Positions 28,948 through 38,126 of a stretch of DNA of 41,747 nucleotides are shown here, in pieces; the stretch's first letter is position 1, and each line of letters opens with the position of its first letter. A program made the position numbers and the translations under genes. The notes under the pieces are model-generated. The model saw nothing but the letters and a program-made list of their open reading frames with translations. It was not told the DNA's origin and made no database searches. The DNA is from an uncultured bacterium (lineage in GTDB: Bacteria; DYJV01), in assembly GCA_964543655.1 (NCBI GenBank), contig CAZIZE010000067.1, forward strand, positions 1-41,747. The letters are read 5' to 3'.

Positions 28948-29729
28948 GAGGTAAGCTTTATAAAAAAGTAGTAAACTGGCATTGCAAAGAGAAGACCATC
29001 AATTCTATCAAGAATGCCTCCATGCCCGGGAATTAAAATTCCAGAATCTTTAACATTAAATTTTCTTTTTATTAATGATTCAAATAAATCACCAAAAACA
29101 CAAAAAATTGAAGTAAACAATGAAATTGCAATTAATTGCAAAAGATTAAAATTAAGAAATAGTTTTCCAAAACATCCAACTATTATTCCACCTGCAAGTC
29201 CACCCCATAATCCTTCATAAGTTTTTTTGGGGCTAATTTTTTCACAAAGTTTATTTTTGCCAAAATAAGTTCCAACAATATATGCAAAAGTATCTGTTGC
29301 CCAGCAAATGATAAAAAAGTGAAGCAATAGAAATTGTCCATTTTTTAAATTGTAAATATAGAGAGCATAGAGAGACATTAATGGAATATAAATCAATGAA
29401 AACAAAAATTTCGATACATTTATAGATTCTTTTTTAAAATCATCATACCTTATTATTAAATATGAGAAAAGCAGTATAATCAAACCTGTAAATAGGAAGA
29501 AAAAGCTATTAAATGCCTGATACCATATTATTTTATATAAAAGAGATGTGAATATTACTGATAAAAAAAAGAAAAAATTTATTTTTTCAAAAATAATTTT
29601 ATAAAGCTCTGCAAGTGAAATTATTGTTACAAGGAAAATAAAAAAATAGAAATAACCTTTAAGTGGATGGAAAAGAAAGATAAAAAGAATAACTATTCCT
29701 ATAATAGCAGAAAATAATCTAAGAATCAT
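28944..29729 (-). CDS. cdsA: Phosphatidate cytidylyltransferase
   Basis: C-terminal SLIKRKFNVKDSGILIPGHGGILDRIDGL signature. Multi-TM. Confidence 0.85.
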   Translation of the reverse strand: MILRLFSAIIGIVILFIFLFHPLKGYFYFFIFLVTIISLAELYKIIFEKINFFFFLSVIFTSLLYKIIWYQAFNSFFFLFTGLIILLFSYLIIRYDDFKKESINVSKFLFSLIYIPLMSLYALYIYNLKNGQFLLLHFFIICWATDTFAYIVGTYFGKNKLCEKISPKKTYEGLWGGLAGGIIVGCFGKLFLNFNLLQLIAISLFTSIFCVFGDLFESLIKRKFNVKDSGILIPGHGGILDRIDGLLFAMPVYYFFIKLTS

Positions 29730-30429
29730 CTACTCTACCAAACCTTCTCTCTCTATTTGAGTAATCATTTAAAGCTTTTTCATATTCATTTTTATTAAAA
29801 TCAGGCCACAATGTATCAGTAATGTAAAGCTCAGTATATGCTATCTGCCATAGGAGAAAATTGCTTATTCTCATTTCTCCACTTGTTCTGATTAATAGAT
29901 CTGGGTCAGGCATACCATCTGTATAAAGATATTTTGAAAATAAGTTATCATTAATATCTTCTAAATTTACTTTTCTACTTTCAATATCTTTTAAAAGTTT
30001 TTTAACTGCATCTAAAATTTCCTGCCTGCCACCATAACTTAAAGCAATGTTTAGTTTTAATCCAGTGCAACCTGATGTAATATCTTCTCCATTTTTTATT
30101 AATTTCAAATATTTTTCTGAGAGCTTTGAAAAATTACCAATAAATTTTAACCTTATGTTGTTTTCTTTTAATTTTTTAACCTCTTTTTTTATAAACTCCT
30201 CAAGAAGAGTCATTAAAAAATTTACTTCCTCCTTTGGTCTTAACCAGTTCTCTGTTGAAAAAGCAAATAGAGTTAAATAGTTGATACCTTTTTCAGCGGA
30301 AACTTCAACAATCTCTCTAACTCTTTTCATTCCCTCCCTGTGGCCAAAAAACCTTTTTTTCCCATGCCTTTTAGCCCAGCGTCCATTTCCATCCATTATA
30401 ATAGCCACATGGTTTGGTAAATTCATCAT
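29719..30429 (-). CDS. uppS: Undecaprenyl pyrophosphate synthase (cis-prenyltransferase)
   Basis: HVAIIMDGNGRWA...FAFSTENW motifs. 236 aa. Confidence 0.9.
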   Translation of the reverse strand: MMNLPNHVAIIMDGNGRWAKRHGKKRFFGHREGMKRVREIVEVSAEKGINYLTLFAFSTENWLRPKEEVNFLMTLLEEFIKKEVKKLKENNIRLKFIGNFSKLSEKYLKLIKNGEDITSGCTGLKLNIALSYGGRQEILDAVKKLLKDIESRKVNLEDINDNLFSKYLYTDGMPDPDLLIRTSGEMRISNFLLWQIAYTELYITDTLWPDFNKNEYEKALNDYSNRERRFGRVDDS

Positions 30430-30436
30430 ACCTCTC

Positions 30437-30465
30437 TAAATTAAAATAGGGGAGTTACCTCCCCT
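30437..30465 (-). terminator. Rho-independent terminator after the ferredoxin gene, 20 nt upstream of the uppS start
   Basis: Minus strand reads AGGGGAG-GUAA-CUCCCCU followed by AUUUUAAUUU. The stem is a perfect 7 bp with a GNRA tetraloop and a U-rich tail. Confidence 0.6.
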
Positions 30466-30471
30466 TTAAAT

Positions 30472-30639
30472 TTACTTCTCTACAACTGCTCCTGTTGGAC
30501 AAACTTCTACACAGGTTCCACATTCTGTACATTTGTCCTGATCAATAACATATTTGTCCTCACCTTCAGTAATAGCTTCAGAAGGACACTCTTCTGCGCA
30601 AGTTCCACAGCTTACACATTCATCAGTAATTTCATACAT
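30472..30639 (-). CDS. 2x[4Fe-4S] ferredoxin, 55 aa; not in the supplied ORF track
   Basis: Manual translation gives [55 protein letters not shown]. It has two CxxCxxCxxxCP motifs, AAGGAGG 6 nt upstream of the ATG, and a terminator after the stop. Confidence 0.8.
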   Translation of the reverse strand: MYEITDECVSCGTCAEECPSEAITEGEDKYVIDQDKCTECGTCVEVCPTGAVVEK

Positions 30640-30659
30640 TTTAGTACCTCCTTTTTTGA

Positions 30660-31226
30660 TTAAATTTCCTTAATTTCTTTCTCTTTTTTTGCTGCCACTT
30701 CATCAACTTTATCAATATATTTATCTGTTAATTTTTGAACATCTTCCAGACCTTTTCTCATTTCATCTTCAGTAATCTCTTTATTTTTTTCAAGCTTTTT
30801 AATTTCATCATTAATATTTCTTCTAATATTCCTAATTGCAACTTTTGCAGATTCAGCCATTTTTTTTACTTTTTTCACAAGTTCTAAACGTCTCTCTTCT
30901 GTGAGCGGTGGCAAAACAATTCTTAAAATTTTACCATCATTAACAGGAGAAAGTCCAAGATCTGATTGAGAAATAGCTTTTTCAATTTCACCAAGAAATT
31001 TTGATTCCCACGGCTGAATTGTAATTGTTTTGCTATCTGGAACTGAAAGTGTAGCAACTTGATTAAGAGGTGTCTTGGTCCCATAATAATTAATGCTAAT
31101 ACCATCTATTAAGGATAATGAAGCCCTACCTGTTCTTATTCTTCCAAGGTCATCCTGAAATACTTTAATTGCACTCTCCATCTTCTTTTCATTTTCTTTT
31201 AAAACTTTTTCAATAACAGGGTTCAT
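30660..31226 (-). CDS. frr: Ribosome recycling factor
   Basis: 188 aa. RRF signature ([16 protein letters not shown]...IRNIRR). Confidence 0.9.
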   Translation of the reverse strand: MNPVIEKVLKENEKKMESAIKVFQDDLGRIRTGRASLSLIDGISINYYGTKTPLNQVATLSVPDSKTITIQPWESKFLGEIEKAISQSDLGLSPVNDGKILRIVLPPLTEERRLELVKKVKKMAESAKVAIRNIRRNINDEIKKLEKNKEITEDEMRKGLEDVQKLTDKYIDKVDEVAAKKEKEIKEI

Positions 31227-31227
31227 C

Positions 31228-31938
31228 TTAATCCTCCTTAATTAATGTACCAACCTTTTCTCCTGAAACAGCTTTTAAAATATTTCCCTCTTTGACCATA
31301 TTAAAAACTATTATAGGTAAATTATTTTCTCTACAAAGGCTAAAAGCTGTCATATCCATAACTTTTAAATCCCTTTCCATTGCCTCTCTATAGCTCAATC
31401 TATCAAATTTAACAGCATCAGAGAATCTGGCTGGATCTTTATCATATACTCCATCAACTTTTGTTGCTTTTAAAAAAAGTGACGCATTAATTTCAAGGGC
31501 TCTCAAAGCAGCTGCTGTATCTGTGGTAAAGTAAGGATTACCAGTACCAGCAGCAAAAATTATAATTCTACCCTTTTCAAAATGCCTTATAGCCCTTCTT
31601 CTAATATATGGCTCTGCAATTTCTCTCATTTCAATTGCAGATAAAACCCTTGTGGGAATATTATGCTTTTCAAGGGAATCTTGAAGAGCAAGGCTGTTAA
31701 TAACCGTAGCAAGCATACCCATATAATCAGCTGATGCTCTATCCATCCCCTTTGTTGCTGCTTGAACACCTCTGAAAATATTTCCACCACCTACAACAAT
31801 GGCAACTTCTATTTTTTTATCATAAACTTTTTTAACCTCTTCTGCAATAAAATCTAATGTATTATTGTCAATGCCGTATGGTTGCTCTCCTGATAATGCT
31901 TCACCACTAAGTTTTAAAAGTATTCTTTTATATTCCAT
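31228..31938 (-). CDS. pyrH: UMP kinase
   Basis: [10 protein letters not shown]...[10 protein letters not shown] motifs. 236 aa. Confidence 0.9.
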   Translation of the reverse strand: MEYKRILLKLSGEALSGEQPYGIDNNTLDFIAEEVKKVYDKKIEVAIVVGGGNIFRGVQAATKGMDRASADYMGMLATVINSLALQDSLEKHNIPTRVLSAIEMREIAEPYIRRRAIRHFEKGRIIIFAAGTGNPYFTTDTAAALRALEINASLFLKATKVDGVYDKDPARFSDAVKFDRLSYREAMERDLKVMDMTAFSLCRENNLPIIVFNMVKEGNILKAVSGEKVGTLIKED

Positions 31939-32588
31939 TATTTGTTAAGTTCTTTTTCAATCTCTTCTGCAAGATTACAACTTCTTTTTTCAAGACCTTC
32001 ACCAAGCTCATACCTTGTAAACCTTCTTACAACTATGTTTTCTCCTGTTTTAGCTATTGTCTCTTTAACAATGTCATCAACTGTTTTATCAGGATCCTTA
32101 ATAAATTTTTGCTCAAGCAAGCATATCTCCTGATAATACTTCTCTATTTTACCATCAACTATTTTATCAACAATTTTTTCAGGCTTTCCACTTTCAAGAG
32201 CCTGAGTTCTATAAATCTCTCTCTCTTTTTCAATAAAATCAGCTGGCACTTCCTCTCTTCTAACAAACTTTGGATTTGCTGCTGCAACTTGCATTGCTAA
32301 ATCTTTAACTAAATTTTGAAAATCTTCTGTTTTAGCAACAAAATCTGTTTCACAATTAACTTCTATTAAAACTCCTATTTTTCCACCCATATGAATGTAT
32401 GAACCAACTGCTCCTTCTGCTGCAATTCTGCTTGATTTTTTGGAAGCATCTGCAATACCTTTTTTCTTTAGAAACTCCACTGCTTTATCCATATCTCCGT
32501 CACACTCTTTTAACGCTTTCTTACAATCCATAATACCTGCACCAGTCTTTTCCCTTAACTCTTTCACCATTTTTGCTGATATATCCAT
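31938..32588 (-). CDS. tsf: Elongation factor Ts
   Basis: N-terminal UBA-like [19 protein letters not shown], then a dimerisation domain. 216 aa. Confidence 0.9.
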   Translation of the reverse strand: MDISAKMVKELREKTGAGIMDCKKALKECDGDMDKAVEFLKKKGIADASKKSSRIAAEGAVGSYIHMGGKIGVLIEVNCETDFVAKTEDFQNLVKDLAMQVAAANPKFVRREEVPADFIEKEREIYRTQALESGKPEKIVDKIVDGKIEKYYQEICLLEQKFIKDPDKTVDDIVKETIAKTGENIVVRRFTRYELGEGLEKRSCNLAEEIEKELNK

Positions 32589-32618
32589 TTTATTTAAACC
32601 CTCCTTTAATTTTAAATT

Positions 32619-33398
32619 TTAATTTTCAAAAGTTTCTACTTTTTCTTCCTCACTTTCCTGTATAACAACTTCTTCTTCAAATTCTTTATCAACATCTGCA
32701 TTTAATGCTTCTTCATAAGACCTTGTCCCTTCAATTACTGCGTTTGCTACTTTAGAACAGAAAAGTTTAATTGCCCTGATTGCATCATCATTCCCAGGAA
32801 TAACATAATCAACTTCTTCTGGATTACAATTGGTATCAACAATTGCTACAATGGGAATACCAAGCTTTTTAGCTTCATTAATAGCAATTTTCTCTCTCTT
32901 TATATCAATTACAAATAATGCTCCTGGTAGTTCTTCCATTTCCTTGATTCCACCAAGAAGTTTTTTTAACCTGTTCATTTCTTTATTAAGCTTCATTGCT
33001 TCCTTTTTGGGTAACAATTCTAAAACACCCTCTTCTTGCATTGCCTCAAGTTTTTTTAATTTTTCAATAGATCTCTTAATAGTGTTAAAATTAGTTAGCA
33101 AACCACCAAGCCACCTTTGATTAACATAAAACATACCACATCGCTCTGCTTCTTCTTTAACTGACTCTTGAGCCTGCTTTTTAGTACCAACAAAAATAAT
33201 CTTTTTCCCTTTACCTGCAATTTCATCTCTAATAAAATCGTAAGCATCTTTAAAAAGCTTAACTGTCTGCTGCAGGTCAATAATGTAAATACCATTCCTT
33301 GCAGTGAAAATGTACTTCTTCATTCTGGGATCCCATCTTTTGGTCTGATGTCCAAAATGAACCCCTGCTTCTAATAATTCTTTCATTGTTACTGACAT
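32619..33398 (-). CDS. rpsB: 30S ribosomal protein S2
   Basis: [17 protein letters not shown]...FVGTKKQA...VDTNC motifs. AGGAGGAG SD. Confidence 0.95.
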   Translation of the reverse strand: MSVTMKELLEAGVHFGHQTKRWDPRMKKYIFTARNGIYIIDLQQTVKLFKDAYDFIRDEIAGKGKKIIFVGTKKQAQESVKEEAERCGMFYVNQRWLGGLLTNFNTIKRSIEKLKKLEAMQEEGVLELLPKKEAMKLNKEMNRLKKLLGGIKEMEELPGALFVIDIKREKIAINEAKKLGIPIVAIVDTNCNPEEVDYVIPGNDDAIRAIKLFCSKVANAVIEGTRSYEEALNADVDKEFEEEVVIQESEEEKVETFEN

Positions 33399-33510
33399 TT
33401 AACTCCTCCTATGGTTTTTTCCTCCACTCTGCTATTTTCAACAACCATTGAGAAAAATGCAGAGTGTGCGTGATTTTATCGCTGATAGCACACTAATTTT
33501 TTTTTTTCAA
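33399..33510 (-). promoter_or_regulatory. Structured rpsB 5' leader with alternative helices and an A11 tract
   Basis: Segment GCAGAGTGTGC (33458-33469) can pair either with CACTCTGC (33425-33432), which abuts the SD, or with GCACACT (33488-33494). T11 at 33498-33508 makes the second helix look like a plus-strand intrinsic terminator. Confidence 0.35.
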
Positions 33511-33740
33511 GATAAAAGATACTCTTGTTATTTTAAAAAAAATATATGTCAAAATAGCATGTTAACTATTAAAAGCTTCTACAAATCATTTGAAATAATT
33601 TAATAATATTTGAAAGAATGCTACATCGTTCAATTGGCTGGTAAAGGAAGCTGCAAATCATATAATGGCATTGCATAGGGAAAATAGACGGTAAATTTGA
33701 AATTTTTTACGAAGTTGAACCTGAAAATAAAGTTTTGATA

Positions 33741-34385
33741 TTAAAAATTTAAATTTTCATTAAATCTGATAACTTTACCAACTTTTACATTTGAAAATTT
33801 TTCTATCATTTCAATATTCTGCTTTATGTTTTCAAGAGGAGTTTTAATAATTTCATTTAAAATTACTTGATTAATTTTTATTCCTCTATTTTGCAATGCT
33901 TCAATACTTAAAAGTGTATGATTAACTGTACCTAAATTTGTCCTGGCAACAAGTATAACTTCAAAGCCAATTTTTTTTATAATATCAATCATCAAAATTT
34001 CTTCAGTTACAGGCACCATTAAACCACCAGCACCTTCAACAAAATAAATATCGTAATTTAACGCATCTTTTTTTGCAAAATCCACTATTTTTTCAATATC
34101 TATTTCCACACCATCTTCCATAGCAGCAATGTATGGTGCCAATGGTTTTTCAAGCTTATAAAGAGTTTTTGCATTTTCACCTGTTGCATCTGATAAAAGT
34201 TGAAAATCTGAAATTGTGGTTTCTGAAACACCAGATTCCACTGGTTTAAAAGCACCTACCTTCCACCCTAATTTTCTAAAATAATTTAATAGAAAAACAG
34301 TAACATAAGTTTTACCAACCTCTGTATCTGTACCTGTTACAAAATATTTTCCTTTGCTACATATATAATCCACCATTGATTCCAT
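33741..34385 (-). CDS. bioD: ATP-dependent dethiobiotin synthetase
   Basis: Motifs: YFVTGTDTEVGKT P-loop, FKPVESG, VEGAGG, NHTLL. The start may be ATG at 34376 (M4). Overlaps the fabG 3' end by 20 nt or more. Confidence 0.8.
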   Translation of the reverse strand: MESMVDYICSKGKYFVTGTDTEVGKTYVTVFLLNYFRKLGWKVGAFKPVESGVSETTISDFQLLSDATGENAKTLYKLEKPLAPYIAAMEDGVEIDIEKIVDFAKKDALNYDIYFVEGAGGLMVPVTEEILMIDIIKKIGFEVILVARTNLGTVNHTLLSIEALQNRGIKINQVILNEIIKTPLENIKQNIEMIEKFSNVKVGKVIRFNENLNF

Positions 34386-35097
34386 AAACCTGCCCCGTTA
34401 TATAATTTGATTTTTCATCTGCAAGAAAAGCAACAAGATGCGCAACTTCCTCTGCTGTTCCAAGCCTTCTCATTGGAATATTGTAAACAATGGAGTCAAG
34501 AATCTTTGGTGGAACAGCCTTAACCATCTCTGTCTCAATAAAACCAGGAGCAACTGCATTTACTGTAATTCCCTTTTTTGCAAGCTCAAGAGCAAGAGAT
34601 TTGGTAAGCCCTATTAAACCAGCTTTTGCAGCAGCATAATTACTCTGTCCAATATTGCCTGTAAGGCCAATTATTGAACTAATATTGATAATTCTTCCCC
34701 AGCCATAATCTATCATATACTCAAGTGCAGCTTTTATACAGTAAAATGCACCAAAGAGATTTACCTGAATAACTCTGAGCCACTCTTCTAAAGACATTTT
34801 TAAAATAGTTTTATCTTGGGTAATTCCTGCATTGTTTACTACAATATCAATTTTTCCAAATTTTTCAACTATTGAGTCAACAACCTTTTTGGCATCATAG
34901 AAATTCTCAATACTCCCCTGAAAAATTTCTGCCTCTCCACCATTTTTAATAATCTCCTCTTTAACTTCATTAGCCAGAGCACTGTTTCTATTGTAACCAA
35001 TTCCTATAACTATACCTTTTTTTGCAAGTTCAAGAGAAATTGCCCTTCCTATACCACGTGATGCACCAGTTATTAAAGCTACATGCCTTTCACCCAT
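34357..35097 (-). CDS. fabG: 3-oxoacyl-[acyl-carrier-protein] reductase (SDR family)
   Basis: TGASRGIGRAI, NNAG, YAAAKAG catalytic triad region, and a C-terminal NGGLYM. 246 aa. Confidence 0.85.
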   Translation of the reverse strand: MGERHVALITGASRGIGRAISLELAKKGIVIGIGYNRNSALANEVKEEIIKNGGEAEIFQGSIENFYDAKKVVDSIVEKFGKIDIVVNNAGITQDKTILKMSLEEWLRVIQVNLFGAFYCIKAALEYMIDYGWGRIINISSIIGLTGNIGQSNYAAAKAGLIGLTKSLALELAKKGITVNAVAPGFIETEMVKAVPPKILDSIVYNIPMRRLGTAEEVAHLVAFLADEKSNYITGQVYGINGGLYM

Positions 35098-35222
35098 TTG
35101 CCACCTCCCAAAAAGTAATCCTTAATAACAGTATAATATTAACAGGGAAAAAAATCAATTGGAACTTTTTTTATTTTATGGTATATGTTTTTTTTATTAT
35201 AAATTGAAAACAGGAGATTTTA

Positions 35223-36320
35223 ATGGGTTTTAAATGCGGTATTATCGGTCTTCCAAATGTTGGAAAATCCACAATTTTTTCAGCTTTAACATCAAAACAG
35301 GTGGAAGCATCAAATTATCCATTTTGTACAATAGAGCCAAATGTAGGTATTGTCAATGTTTTTGATGAAAGAATTGTTAAGATAGCAAATATTGTTAAAC
35401 CAGAAAAGACTATTTTTCCTATAATGGAATTTGTTGATATAGCAGGACTTGTAAAAGGAGCAAGTAAAGGAGAAGGATTGGGGAATAAATTTCTTGCGAA
35501 TATTAGAAATGTTGATGCTATAGCTCATGTAGTTAGATGCTTTAATGACAGCAATATTACCCATGTGGAAGGGGAAATTAATCCAATTAGAGACATTGAA
35601 ATTATAAATTTAGAATTAATTTTAGCAGATTTAGAAACTGTGGATAAACGGCTTGCAAAAACAGAGAAAAATCTTAAAACAGGAGATAAATTAATAAAAA
35701 AAGAGTATGAAATTTTAATAGAATTAAAAAAACTTCTTGAAAATGAACAGCCAGCAAGGTTATTTCCCATTAATAATGAAGATGAATCTAAAGTTTTAAA
35801 AACTCTAAATCTACTCACAGTTAAACCAGTGCTTTATATAGCCAACATAGATGAGAATATGGAAGAATCAACTAAGTATGCCCAACAGGTTAAAGATTTT
35901 GCAGAAAATGAAAAAGCTAAATTTTTAAAAATATCAGGTAAACTTGAAAAAGAAATTGCTCAATTTGACAATGAAGAAGAAAAAAAAGAGTTTATGAAAG
36001 AAATGGGAATCGCCATATCTGGACTTGATTTAATGATAAAAGAGGGATACGAACTTTTATCACTTATTACCTTTATAACTGCTGGAAAGCCAGAAGTAAA
36101 AGGATGGACTATTAAAAAAGGCACCAAAGCACCTCAAGCAGCTGGCAAAATTCATACTGATTTTGAAAGAGGTTTTATTAAATCTGAAGTAATATCTTAT
36201 GAAGATTATATAAAAGCAGGTTCTGAAGCAAAAGCAAAGGAGCTTGGGCTCCTTAGGTTAGAGGGTAAGGAATATGTGGTTCAAGATGGAGATATTATCC
36301 ATTTTAGATTCAATGTATAA
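35223..36320 (+). CDS. ychF: Ribosome-binding ATPase YchF
   Basis: GIIGLPNVGKSTIFSALT P-loop, an Obg-type GTPase fold, and a C-terminal TGS domain. 365 aa. Confidence 0.9.
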   Translation: MGFKCGIIGLPNVGKSTIFSALTSKQVEASNYPFCTIEPNVGIVNVFDERIVKIANIVKPEKTIFPIMEFVDIAGLVKGASKGEGLGNKFLANIRNVDAIAHVVRCFNDSNITHVEGEINPIRDIEIINLELILADLETVDKRLAKTEKNLKTGDKLIKKEYEILIELKKLLENEQPARLFPINNEDESKVLKTLNLLTVKPVLYIANIDENMEESTKYAQQVKDFAENEKAKFLKISGKLEKEIAQFDNEEEKKEFMKEMGIAISGLDLMIKEGYELLSLITFITAGKPEVKGWTIKKGTKAPQAAGKIHTDFERGFIKSEVISYEDYIKAGSEAKAKELGLLRLEGKEYVVQDGDIIHFRFNV

Positions 36321-37134
36321 ATACTGTTTAATAATTTTTCTACTTTTAGTTTCCTCTTGTAATACTTCTTTAATTGACAAATTAAATCCTTCTCTTGTTG
36401 CAAAAGTGGGAAACTATAAAATTTACAAAAATGATGTAATAAAGCGAATAACTAATGATAATAGCAATATAAAAGTAACAAAGCCTATTTTTTTATTCTA
36501 TTTAAATGAAATGATTAAAGAGGCTATTATTGATCAGGAGTTTCACAGGTTAGGATATAAGATAACTGATTCTGATAGAAAAAAAGCATCTCTGCTGTCT
36601 CAGCTTAATAAAGATGAGCTTGACAGGTACATAAAATTTAAAAAAGTTAGAAGGTATATAGTAAGAAAAATTACTCCTCCTTCAAAAGCTGAATGTTACA
36701 ACTATTACAAAAAACATTTAAAAGAGTTTAATCACGATGAAAAAGTAGAGATAAAGTATTTAATATTCAATAATGAAAATAAATTTAAAAAGTATTGCAA
36801 AGAGGCTAAAAAAGAAAAGTTTAGCAAGATAATAAAAAAATATAATTTAAAATATACTTTCAATGGTATTATAAAATTGAAAAATATCCCAGATGAAATT
36901 CAAAAAAAGGTTAATTTTGAAGAGCCCAGTTCAGTCTGGTGTATAAAAAGTGAAGCTAATTATTTCTATTTAATTAAAGTTGACAATTTTTTCAAAGGTG
37001 TTGTACCATTTGAAAAGGTAAAAAATTTAATTTCTGAAAAATTGCTTGAGAAGAGAAGAGCCAAAGTTTTTAATTACTGGTTAAAACAGAAACTAAAATC
37101 AAAAAACATAAAAATTTATTATAATAAGATATAG
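36313..37134 (+). CDS. Lipoprotein with a SurA N-terminal-like chaperone domain (hypothetical)
   Basis: Start at ATG 36313 gives MYKYCLIIFLLLVSSC, a lipobox signal peptide. The K-rich helical body resembles SurA/PpiD N-domains. No PPIase motif is seen. Confidence 0.5.
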   Translation: MYKYCLIIFLLLVSSCNTSLIDKLNPSLVAKVGNYKIYKNDVIKRITNDNSNIKVTKPIFLFYLNEMIKEAIIDQEFHRLGYKITDSDRKKASLLSQLNKDELDRYIKFKKVRRYIVRKITPPSKAECYNYYKKHLKEFNHDEKVEIKYLIFNNENKFKKYCKEAKKEKFSKIIKKYNLKYTFNGIIKLKNIPDEIQKKVNFEEPSSVWCIKSEANYFYLIKVDNFFKGVVPFEKVKNLISEKLLEKRRAKVFNYWLKQKLKSKNIKIYYNKI

Positions 37135-37136
37135 AA

Positions 37137-38126
37137 TTGGAAAAAATAGGCATAACAACTACAATACCTGTTGAAATTATTTTTGCTGCAAACAAAATCC
37201 CTGTTGATCTTAACAATATTTTTATATCTCATTCTGCACCTGAACAATTAATTAATCAGGCAGAGCAGAATGGTTTTCCAAGAACTACATGTTGCTGGAT
37301 TAAAGGATTATACTCAACTGCTATTAATGAAGGTATTAATAAAATCGTAGCTGTTATGGAAGGAGATTGCTCCAATACTCATTCTTTATCAGAAATATGG
37401 AACGATAAAGGTATTGAAATAATCCCCTTTTCATACCCCTACAATAAAGATTATAAAATATTAAAAAATAATATTGAAAAACTTATGAGCTACTTTCATG
37501 TTGACTTTCATAAAGTAGGTAAAACTAAAAAAAAGATTGACAAAATTAGAAAAAAGCTTAAAATTATAGATTGTTTAACATATGAGGAGAATCTTGTTAC
37601 TGGATTTGAAAACCATATTTTTCTTGTTTCAGCATCAGATTTTCAATCTAATATATATTTATTTGAAAAAAAAATTGATGACTTTCTCCAACAAATTAAA
37701 AACAGAAAGCCTTTTAATGAATCTGTCAGGCTTGGGCTCATTGGTGTACCACCTATAATAACCAATTTATATGAAGAAATAGAGCGTTTTGGTGCAAGGA
37801 TTGTTTTTAATGAAGTTCAGAGACAATTTGCAATGATAGATGAATATAGTGATATTGTTGAGCAATACTTAGCTTATACATATCCCTACTCTGTTTTTGA
37901 TAGAATTAAAGATGTGGAAAAAGAGATTGAATTAAGAAATATTGATGGTATTATTCATTATGTTCAGGCATTCTGTCATAGAAATATTCAGGATTCTATA
38001 TTTAAAAAATATCTTAAAGTCCCTGTTCTAACACTTGAAGGGGATAGACCAGGAGACCTTGATGAAAGAAATAGAATTAGAATAGAAAGTTTTATAGACA
38101 TGATTTTAGCCAAAAAGGGGGGATAA
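37137..38126 (+). CDS. 2-hydroxyacyl-CoA dehydratase (HgdB/BcrC/BadD)-family protein
   Basis: TTG start 2 nt after the upstream stop. N-terminal IGITTTIPVEIIFAA...PVDLNN plus conserved Cys (TTCCW, GDCSN, FCHRN) are typical of this family. Assigned from memory only. Confidence 0.4.
   Translation: MEKIGITTTIPVEIIFAANKIPVDLNNIFISHSAPEQLINQAEQNGFPRTTCCWIKGLYSTAINEGINKIVAVMEGDCSNTHSLSEIWNDKGIEIIPFSYPYNKDYKILKNNIEKLMSYFHVDFHKVGKTKKKIDKIRKKLKIIDCLTYEENLVTGFENHIFLVSASDFQSNIYLFEKKIDDFLQQIKNRKPFNESVRLGLIGVPPIITNLYEEIERFGARIVFNEVQRQFAMIDEYSDIVEQYLAYTYPYSVFDRIKDVEKEIELRNIDGIIHYVQAFCHRNIQDSIFKKYLKVPVLTLEGDRPGDLDERNRIRIESFIDMILAKKGG

Noticed and set aside
33454-33621. 55-aa plus-strand ORF (MQSVRDFIADSTLIFFFQDKRYSCY...) in the rpsB upstream region
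   Set aside because: It has no SD, it runs through a T11 tract, and it is better explained as the rpsB leader or terminator structure. Its composition is Phe/Lys/Ile-biased noise.
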